Shown here piece after piece: positions 24,323-31,070 of a DNA stretch of 31,070 nt. A model generated the notes under the pieces. The model was not told where the DNA came from and did not search any database. It was given only the letters and a program-made list of their open reading frames with translations. The stretch's first letter is position 1, and every line of letters begins with the position of its first letter. Location: IMG/VR virus record IMGVR_UViG_3300020042_003223, positions 1-31,070 of that record, one strand, 5' to 3'. Made by a program: the position numbers and the translations under genes. The DNA comes from a virus (Duplodnaviria; Caudoviricetes).

Positions 24323-25489
24323 TTAAGCTACGTTACCGAAATCACCATATACAAACGCATTGTTGTAATAGATAGGGAATGCAATACGAGCTTCAACTCT
24401 CACAGTAATCAAGTTCTTTTGGAAGTTATCGCTATCCATTTCAGAGAACTGAACAGAAATACCTTGATTTTGCATGATTTGAGCACCCATTGACCAGTCA
24501 CCTACTAAGAACTTATCAGCAGTGATTGCTGTAGATTGGAACACTGGAATACCAGCGATAGTTAAGCTACCGTCAGTTGTTACAACTGTAGAACCTGGAA
24601 GGCTATAAGCAGCGTTAGTATTCTTAGTGTTCATGATATTAGCCCAATCACTTGGGTTAATCAAAATACCATTTGCAGAATAGTTAGTAGCAGAAACTTG
24701 TGCAATAGCTTGTACTAATTGCTCAACGTCTACAGTTGCAGCACCAGTTGGAGCAGAAGCATTTACAGTCAAACCAGTCAAGTTTGGAGCACTACCATTA
24801 CCAAATAATAATTGAGAATCTTCAGCTAATAAATATTTCTCTAACAAACGAGCTTGTAAGAAAGAAGTCATAGCAGGTACATCATCTAACATTTGACGAG
24901 AGATTCTTACGAAACCAGCGATGTACTGAGCAGGAGCATCAGTCATTGTGATATCGAAATCGATTTGTGGTTTAGTAGAACCTTGAGTTTGTGGTCCTGC
25001 TTCGCCTTCACCACCAGTTTCCTTAGGGAAAGTAAATAAACCAGTAGAGATTGTACCGATTGGTAACAAACTTCTAACGTGTACTTTACGATTAGGAAGA
25101 GCATATACTTGTGGAGCATATTGTCTTGGGATGTCACCAGTTAAGTTAACTGCTTCAGTCATGTTACCTACTGCCTTAGTGTCTAAGATAAAGCCAGAAC
25201 GCTTCTGCTCACCACGACCTAATTTTGCGATACTGTCAGCATTCTTTTCGATTGCTTCAGCAAGAGTTGCATTGAACCCTTTTACTTGATTTTCGTTCAT
25301 TGTCTTACGATTGTTTTTTGCCTCTAATTTGTCAGCAGCATCTTTAACTACTGAAATTTGAGATTTTAATTCTTCTAATTCTGATTTTAAGCCATCTACC
25401 GCTACTGCGTTATCAGCTTTTAATGTTTCGATAGCACCGTTTACTTCGATTTTAACGCCTTCGAAAGCACTTTTAATTTCTTCTACCAT
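24323..25489 (-). CDS. Major capsid protein, HK97 family, with N-terminal delta (scaffold) domain
   Basis: Coiled-coil first ~105 aa, EG..KPQ, ISRQMLDD, GNGS...LTG, GDW, F.KNL...RVE.R. Confidence 0.95.
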   Translation of the reverse strand: MVEEIKSAFEGVKIEVNGAIETLKADNAVAVDGLKSELEELKSQISVVKDAADKLEAKNNRKTMNENQVKGFNATLAEAIEKNADSIAKLGRGEQKRSGFILDTKAVGNMTEAVNLTGDIPRQYAPQVYALPNRKVHVRSLLPIGTISTGLFTFPKETGGEGEAGPQTQGSTKPQIDFDITMTDAPAQYIAGFVRISRQMLDDVPAMTSFLQARLLEKYLLAEDSQLLFGNGSAPNLTGLTVNASAPTGAATVDVEQLVQAIAQVSATNYSANGILINPSDWANIMNTKNTNAAYSLPGSTVVTTDGSLTIAGIPVFQSTAITADKFLVGDWSMGAQIMQNQGISVQFSEMDSDNFQKNLITVRVEARIAFPIYYNNAFVYGDFGNVA

Positions 25490-26259
25490 TAGTTAAAAAT
25501 TTTAAATGATTGTAAATATTTGCTTACCTCAATTTCAATGGAAATCATCGGGTCTTCTTCTTCTTCCAATGCCATTTCTGATTCACCTTCTGGTTGCAAC
25601 TCAGTTGGTAATTCTACTGGCGGTTGTTCTTCTGAAGCGACTGATTCTTCATCTTCCATCTCTACGAGATATTGTTGTAATTGTTTAAGTTTTAATTCTA
25701 ACAAACCAAAAGTTTCATCAGTATAGAAACCATTTCTCAATGACTTGATAGTTTTAGCTATCTCATCAATTATAGTTGATTTGATTTCAGATTTAACCAT
25801 AACGGTTGGCGTATTAGAATTAGCTCCCCATAAAACTGAAGAACCTTCAAACAATTTAATTTCTTGTATTTCGTTATATCCAGATTTAGCTTGAGACTTT
25901 ACAGTTTGGAATCCAATGCTATGTTCTGTGATATGACCGTCTTTATACAACTCATAAGTATCTCTACCTAAAGTTGTATTAGGCATCTTAACGATTGCCT
26001 TTAAACCAAAAGCATCTTCAACCAATTCCTTTGGCTTAGATACTGGTTTGTCTGTAGAGTGATTAAACAAGTGCCAGATTCTATTCTTTGCTTGTGGGCC
26101 ATTCTCTTTAATAGACTTAGTAAATGAGCCTGGCATAATCACATCGCCATCGCTATCTACATTACCAAACGCAGAATAGTAAACCTCAATGGTTCTTGTG
26201 TCATCAGACATATCCACTGGTGCACCACTTACTGCCTTTTTGTTATAAAAATTACTCAT
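25489..26259 (-). CDS. HK97-type prohead protease
   Basis: YSAFGNVDSDGDVI..GSF, LFNH, SIGF, LFEGSSV.WGAN; acidic C-tail; ATG at 26259 preferred. Confidence 0.92.
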   Translation of the reverse strand: MSNFYNKKAVSGAPVDMSDDTRTIEVYYSAFGNVDSDGDVIMPGSFTKSIKENGPQAKNRIWHLFNHSTDKPVSKPKELVEDAFGLKAIVKMPNTTLGRDTYELYKDGHITEHSIGFQTVKSQAKSGYNEIQEIKLFEGSSVLWGANSNTPTVMVKSEIKSTIIDEIAKTIKSLRNGFYTDETFGLLELKLKQLQQYLVEMEDEESVASEEQPPVELPTELQPEGESEMALEEEEDPMISIEIEVSKYLQSFKIFN

Positions 26260-26269
26260 ATATATTTGT

Positions 26270-27109
26270 TTAAGCAATAAACACAGTACAACATCTACAG
26301 TTACAATTATTCATTGCACCTCCGTTTGCATCATGTGCGTATTGCATCTCAATTACTCCTCTTTTTGGCATATTCACAAGGAACGGCTGATTAATCGGTA
26401 TTCTTACTCCTCCAGCATCTGGATTGGTTTGTCTATCCAATGCCCTATGCCAATCTCTGTACCTATTATTCTTTGCAGGATAATCTGCTGCCACCCATTG
26501 CTTCAGCAAAGGTATGTTAACAAAATTAACTGCACCCATCATACCAGCACTTAATGCTTGATGTGATTCCGTTCTTGCAATCAGCAGACTTCTTGCGTTG
26601 TTAATTTTACTATCTTGTAAGTTTTTAATCGCAAGTGAATTAACCTCGTTTAGACTCAAGTTATTTTCTTGTCCGTATCTAATAGAGCCGTTCAATATCC
26701 TTGTAATCTCATTCTTGGTAGTATTTTCAATTCCAAACATTTTAGTTCCGCTATAGGTTGTCCAATAAGACAACATAAAAGCCAACCATTCATCCATAAT
26801 GTTCAGAGGGTCTAAATCTACTGATTCATCTTTTTTATACTTGTCAAATATCTTTTGGTACGTCATGGCAGTATATCCACCAGTCGTCTCGTACAAAGTT
26901 CGTAAAATATTATTAATCTGTTTGCCGTCAAATAAGGCATTCTGATTATTGATAGTTTGCTGTGCTCCGTAATCTTTAACCAACTGAGCTGCTCTGTCAA
27001 AGTCGGATTGTAAAGCAGCCAATATTTTAGGCTGATACACTCTTACTGACTTCCTTGCAATCTTTTGCTGCAAAGCGAACTGCTGAGAAGGAGTAACTAT
27101 TTTAGCCAT
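26270..27109 (-). CDS. Minor head protein (MuF / SPP1 gp7 family)
   Basis: IARTE, K.W, R.WH, PF.V, NCRC C-terminal motif. Confidence 0.9.
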   Translation of the reverse strand: MAKIVTPSQQFALQQKIARKSVRVYQPKILAALQSDFDRAAQLVKDYGAQQTINNQNALFDGKQINNILRTLYETTGGYTAMTYQKIFDKYKKDESVDLDPLNIMDEWLAFMLSYWTTYSGTKMFGIENTTKNEITRILNGSIRYGQENNLSLNEVNSLAIKNLQDSKINNARSLLIARTESHQALSAGMMGAVNFVNIPLLKQWVAADYPAKNNRYRDWHRALDRQTNPDAGGVRIPINQPFLVNMPKRGVIEMQYAHDANGGAMNNCNCRCCTVFIA

Positions 27110-27510
27110 TATTCTTTTGCGTCTATAGCTTCAATCATTTTTCCTGCAGCCGCATAAATTGAGTTCATATTGTTTTGAGCTGCGTATTGTCTTATAGCTG
27201 ATAATCCTCTTCTGTCTACATTTTTAAAGTCGGAAGTATAGATATAGCCATAATGACCTTTGGTGTCTTCACCAAGCTCTGGGTCTACACCAAGAAACCA
27301 TAGACAGTATTTATCATATCCATTTTCTTGTAAATACGCATTTTCCATTTCAGCCGTTGGTCTTACCCAAGATTCTGGTCTAATTATATCTCCAGATGCT
27401 ATAAGTTTATTTGCATGAGCAATACCCTTAGCATTTTTCTCAGTTAACCTTTTTAATTCTAAAAGATTGCTAATTGTTTTTTCTAAAACATCAAATGATT
27501 TAAGTTCCAT
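27109..27510 (-). CDS. Uncharacterised head-module protein
   Basis: 133 aa from ATG 27510; WFLGVD...DTKGHYGY..TSDF..VDRRGL.AI...AAQ motif; between portal and MuF. Confidence 0.75.
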   Translation of the reverse strand: MELKSFDVLEKTISNLLELKRLTEKNAKGIAHANKLIASGDIIRPESWVRPTAEMENAYLQENGYDKYCLWFLGVDPELGEDTKGHYGYIYTSDFKNVDRRGLSAIRQYAAQNNMNSIYAAAGKMIEAIDAKE

Positions 27511-27515
27511 AGTTT

Positions 27516-29261
27516 TTATTTTGATGGGTCGTAGGCCCAATTTTTAAGTGATATATCTCTTTTAGAAGGGCATCCTTCTGATGCTGGTTCTCCTTGTTCT
27601 GCTCCTCTCATTCTGCTTACAAAGCTGATTGTTCTGTTAGCATCTTCCATGTCCTTAGATGTCCAATCTTCTTTGCTCTTAGACAACAATCTTAAATTCC
27701 TTTCTATCGGTGCTCTGTCTAAAGATGCTTTCTTTGAACATTCTGTCTTAGACCATGCTTCTAATTCTGCATAACCCATATTCGTCACAGACTTGTACTT
27801 AGAATAAACCTCATCTAATCTTTCACTCTTGCTCAAAAAAAAACCTTCGTTCTTCACTGGCGGTATATTGTAATCTCCTTGCTGTTGTGCATCTCTTGGG
27901 TCTTGTAACATTGTAAGCTCATCGATAGGTAAATAACCAGCAGGGATAAAGATTTCATCCATAACTGAATCATCTGATGTATCGTAACGCATAGCTGCTC
28001 TTTTCTCATTAGGAGTAATCCACCAAGATTGAGATAAGATAGCAGAAAGCTCCTTCATGTCCTCTTGTAATTCTGGGAACACAGTAATATCAAAATCGAT
28101 ATAGTAGCCATTACCAATCTCAACTGCAAAGAATCTATTGAAAGCATCACGAAGTACTACTAATTCTGGAAGCACTACTTGCGTAAGCATTTCCTTTTTA
28201 GCTTCTTTCATGTTATTATAAGTCTTGTTATCTGGGTCATTAAACAACGCAGAGTTTACACCGTACACATTACAAAGTTCTCTAAGGGTAACTTTCTCAG
28301 ATTCTAAAAGTTGAAGGTCGATAGGAGATAATCCCATGTTAACCCATCCTAACTTGGCACCAGCAATCAAAATCTTACCAGCGTTCTGAAGGATTTGTCC
28401 TTGATTCTTAGTTCCATATTGATTGTAGAAATCTTCTTTTAACTTGCCAGCTTCTTCTTGGCCAAAGTTATTTGACTCATCGGCATATAAGATACCTTTA
28501 GGCCCTTGATTCTGTAACATACCAACAGATGTGTCTTTCGCATCATTAGAACGCTGAACAGTTCTGTAAGCAGCTTGTAAAGGGCTTAATCCGTATAGTT
28601 GATTACCGTTAGTGTCAAAGTAAGGGTTGAAGTATTTTAGATGGATTACGTCTTTCGCATCTAAGAAATCCCATCCAACAAGTGTAAAAGAATAACCTTC
28701 AACCCCATTGATAGTACCATCAGAGATGATGGCCATGTATTGTGGAGGGAGCACGACTAATTCTTGTACTTTACCGCTTTCTAATCGGTTAGCCCAAACA
28801 TAAGAATTGCCGCAAATAAGTTTATAACCAATAACGCTTTCAATAAATTCGGAAAGAGATTGATATGGATTTGGTTTTTCTAATAAATCGTTCAATGGGG
28901 AATCTGCAATCTCGCTAATCGCTTTTACTCTTATCAACTCAGCTTTAGCCAAGTCTTGAGTAGTAATCGAGTTTTTAGTCATTGAGGTATAACGGTTAAG
29001 AGCTTTCTTATCCTTTACCTTGTAAACGTAAAATGGAACAGTAGATACAGTTTTTGAGATACGCTTAATGATGGCGTACACTTCACTATTGTTAATGTAG
29101 TCATTTACGAATTTTCTTTGATTAAGTTCTGGATATAAAGTTCTTCCAACAAGTAATCCTCCAAAATCAGCAAATGGGTTATTAACATTTATCATTCCGC
29201 CTGGCACTGTTGCCTTTTGTTGAAAAGGATTAATTGCACTTAATATGTCATTTAATTTCAC
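27516..29261 (-). CDS. Portal protein (HK97 family) with C-terminal DUF3140-like extension
   Basis: LL..PNPYQS, GNSY, VIHLK, GLSPL, TPNEKR portal motifs; last ~105 aa NMGYAELEAW...SLKNWAYDP resemble DUF3140. Confidence 0.92.
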   Translation of the reverse strand: MKLNDILSAINPFQQKATVPGGMINVNNPFADFGGLLVGRTLYPELNQRKFVNDYINNSEVYAIIKRISKTVSTVPFYVYKVKDKKALNRYTSMTKNSITTQDLAKAELIRVKAISEIADSPLNDLLEKPNPYQSLSEFIESVIGYKLICGNSYVWANRLESGKVQELVVLPPQYMAIISDGTINGVEGYSFTLVGWDFLDAKDVIHLKYFNPYFDTNGNQLYGLSPLQAAYRTVQRSNDAKDTSVGMLQNQGPKGILYADESNNFGQEEAGKLKEDFYNQYGTKNQGQILQNAGKILIAGAKLGWVNMGLSPIDLQLLESEKVTLRELCNVYGVNSALFNDPDNKTYNNMKEAKKEMLTQVVLPELVVLRDAFNRFFAVEIGNGYYIDFDITVFPELQEDMKELSAILSQSWWITPNEKRAAMRYDTSDDSVMDEIFIPAGYLPIDELTMLQDPRDAQQQGDYNIPPVKNEGFFLSKSERLDEVYSKYKSVTNMGYAELEAWSKTECSKKASLDRAPIERNLRLLSKSKEDWTSKDMEDANRTISFVSRMRGAEQGEPASEGCPSKRDISLKNWAYDPSK

Positions 29262-29272
29262 GCTATATGATA

Positions 29273-29286
29273 TTTTTACAAAAGTA
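29273..29286 (-). promoter_or_regulatory. Promoter, TAnnTTTG + TAAAA
   Basis: TACTTTTGTAAAAA on - strand between terL and portal. Confidence 0.65.
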
Positions 29287-29299
29287 ACAAATTTTTAGC

Positions 29300-30436
29300 C
29301 TACACTACCCAACCCCTTTTCGGTTTGGCAAATTTTGAGTATATGGCATACCTCATGGCATCCATCAAGTGGTCTCTAAACTTAACTGGTTCATCCAAAG
29401 TATTGCCATCGTTATCGGTTTTCCATTTATAGTTTTTAAACTCATCCAACAAATCTAAGGAATCGCTTTTAACTATCAGCGGAAATGACTTTACTTTGTT
29501 AATACCAGCAAAAACATCTTTAACGGCAGGTTTAAGGCTAAATCCAGCCTTATTAATCTCAGCTATGGTCTTGGGTTCAGCGGCATCAGCGAATATCTCA
29601 GTTCGCTTGTCAAAGCCAAAAGACTTTAACCTATCGATAAGTAGTGATGTAGACATTTTAGTTTCGTAGATGAGTTGCTCCACAAACATCTCATTGTCGA
29701 AGTGTTTGATTCGCACCAGTGCGGTTTGATTGTTGTAGCCAAAATCCAGTCCATAAAATATTTCCCCTCCTTCTGGGAAGTTTCGTCTGCGTTTCCAATG
29801 GGTATAAATAGTTGCTTCTGATATTGCTCTTTCACCTAAACCATAAACTCTCCAATATTCATGGTCGGCATCCTTTAGTCTCTCAATCTCCTCCACCAAA
29901 GATTTGTCAAGGAATGGATTGTCTTTGTAGGTAGTGATGGTAAAGTCCGCATCTTCTCTGGTAATTACCTTGTCATATATCCAAGAGTAGTAATCTGAAG
30001 GGTTATAGTCAATTACAATCTTATCTGTGGTTCTTAGGGCTAACTGCATCCAAGATTCGTAGTTTACCTCGTTGGCCTCGTTAATAAACAGATAGTTTCT
30101 TTTACGGCCTCTTATTTTTTGTGGCTGGTCTGTAGAGACAAACTCTACGGTGTTGCCTCCTAAGAAGTAAAGATTTTCTGACTTGTTGTGCTTTTCTTCT
30201 GAGTATAGGCCATATTTCGACAGAATTTCTATAAAGTCTCTCATTACTGAGCCTTTTATGGATGGCAACGATGAACGGCAGATAGTTAGTGTCTTCCCTT
30301 TTTCTTGTAACAATTTTACGATAAACCAGGTCAATACATTGTAGGTTTTGCCAGACCTTGTTCCGCCTTGCATAACAGATATTTTTTTTTGGCTGTTTTG
30401 CAGTATTTCGAAAACGATGTTGGTGGTTACGTTCAT
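29300..30436 (-). CDS. terL: Terminase large subunit, PBSX family
   Basis: QGGTRSGKT Walker A, FINEANE Walker B, GLDFGY and DHLMDAMRYA nuclease motifs. Confidence 0.95.
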   Translation of the reverse strand: MNVTTNIVFEILQNSQKKISVMQGGTRSGKTYNVLTWFIVKLLQEKGKTLTICRSSLPSIKGSVMRDFIEILSKYGLYSEEKHNKSENLYFLGGNTVEFVSTDQPQKIRGRKRNYLFINEANEVNYESWMQLALRTTDKIVIDYNPSDYYSWIYDKVITREDADFTITTYKDNPFLDKSLVEEIERLKDADHEYWRVYGLGERAISEATIYTHWKRRRNFPEGGEIFYGLDFGYNNQTALVRIKHFDNEMFVEQLIYETKMSTSLLIDRLKSFGFDKRTEIFADAAEPKTIAEINKAGFSLKPAVKDVFAGINKVKSFPLIVKSDSLDLLDEFKNYKWKTDNDGNTLDEPVKFRDHLMDAMRYAIYSKFAKPKRGWVV

Positions 30437-30538
30437 AGGACATTGGAGAAAAATTAAAAAATTGGCTTTGGTAAAGCGAAACTAATACTTTTTGGTTTTA
30501 TAGAGGGTAGGCCCCTAAAAGTTTACTAATAGAAAACT

Positions 30539-31069
30539 TTACTCCTCAAACTCATCTTGGTCGTTCATATCTAACAACTCACCCTTATCATGGTCATATA
30601 ATGGAATCTCTGGTATCTCGGAAGCCAATGTGGCTGGAACAGTAAAGCTGTTATCTTTCTGAGTATCGAAGTTCATTATATTCTCATCTCCATCGAGCTG
30701 CTTGTGCAAGTTAGGTAATTCCGATGTCTTCACTACGTTCACCGTAATCTGCTTCACCACATCTCCTTCATGAGCCACCTCAGTCTTTTCAATGTACCCT
30801 CTTCTCTTGCCCTTAGTTTTAAGTAAGAACATGGTTGCCAAAGTATCACCCTTAGTAATCCTCTCCATCAACTTGTGCTCCCCCCAATCAAGCATAATCT
30901 CTTCTGGCTCTATCTCAGCTAATGCCTTCTTAAACTCATTATCATTCTTCATCCAATTCTGATACATAGTCCTACTAATCCCACATGCTTGACAAGCAAT
31001 GGTAATATTTCCAAAATTCTCCCTATAAGCAATGATAAATGCTTCTTTCGTTATATCCTTAAACTCTGC
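30539..31069 (-). CDS. terS: Terminase small subunit (5' end beyond window)
   Basis: Frame stays open to window edge, adding AEFKDITKEAFIIAYRENFGNITIACQACGISRT (HTH) before MYQNW; ATMFLLKTKGKRRGY motif; upstream of terL. Confidence 0.85.
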   Translation of the reverse strand, partial: AEFKDITKEAFIIAYRENFGNITIACQACGISRTMYQNWMKNDNEFKKALAEIEPEEIMLDWGEHKLMERITKGDTLATMFLLKTKGKRRGYIEKTEVAHEGDVVKQITVNVVKTSELPNLHKQLDGDENIMNFDTQKDNSFTVPATLASEIPEIPLYDHDKGELLDMNDQDEFEE

Positions 31070-31070
31070 G

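Larger units (their letters stand above)
1..31070. mobile_element. Tailed dsDNA bacteriophage (siphovirus-like) genome segment, probable Bacteroidota host
   Basis: Complete head-neck-tail-lysis module on - strand, phage replication module on + strand, no host housekeeping genes, TAnnTTTG promoter elements, no SD motifs. Confidence 0.95.

Noticed and set aside
30102-30443. Alternative-frame ORF and A9 run near the start of terL as a programmed frameshift
   Set aside because: terL is complete in one frame; the run encodes Q-K-K-I, A-runs are common on coding strands here, and the alternative ORF has no recognisable features
30466-30543. AAAGTTTACT / AAACTTTACT words between terS and terL resembling origin iteron halves
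   Set aside because: Only half-sites with different spacing in AT-rich DNA; not distinguishable from chance without statistics
1-31070. Prophage status, tRNA genes
   Set aside because: No integrase, repressor, att site, host genes or cloverleaf/T-loop sequences seen; lifestyle cannot be determined from this window

Overview
The whole window is a large part of an AT-rich tailed dsDNA phage (siphovirus-type) genome. The host is probably in Bacteroidota, inferred from TAnnTTTG promoter elements and A/C-rich leaders with no Shine-Dalgarno. The + strand carries three blocks. First is a compositionally distinct amidoligase + class II glutamine amidotransferase operon (99-2111). Second is a non-coding boundary with hairpins and phased A-tracts (2160-2560). 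Third is an early/replication block (2566-9763: DnaA-C-like protein, SSAP, replication initiator with internal iterons, DnaB, VRR-NUC, SSB-like). The - strand (31070-9894) carries TerS (truncated by the window edge), PBSX-type TerL, an HK97-like portal with an extra C-terminal domain, MuF, prohead protease, MCP, neck genes, a repeat-rich fibre, a free-standing GIY-YIG endonuclease, tail tube, frameshifted tail chaperones, tape measure, tail tip, lysis genes and a metallophosphoesterase. The two arms converge on back-to-back terminators at about 9790-9860. No integrase, repressor, polymerase, methyltransferase, tRNA or CRISPR array was seen. Top leads: (1) an AG/CT-depleted, probably first-injected amidoligase island closed by a bent-DNA element; (2) G/U-rich 3' tails complementary to C/A-rich translation-initiation regions; (3) a portal whose DUF3140-like extension sits behind a T9 slippery run; (4) near-total absence of five 4-bp palindromes except in the distal fibre; (5) an SSB-like gene whose LPF tail lies just past an in-frame TAA. 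All protein calls come from motif recognition by eye, and all counts are manual.
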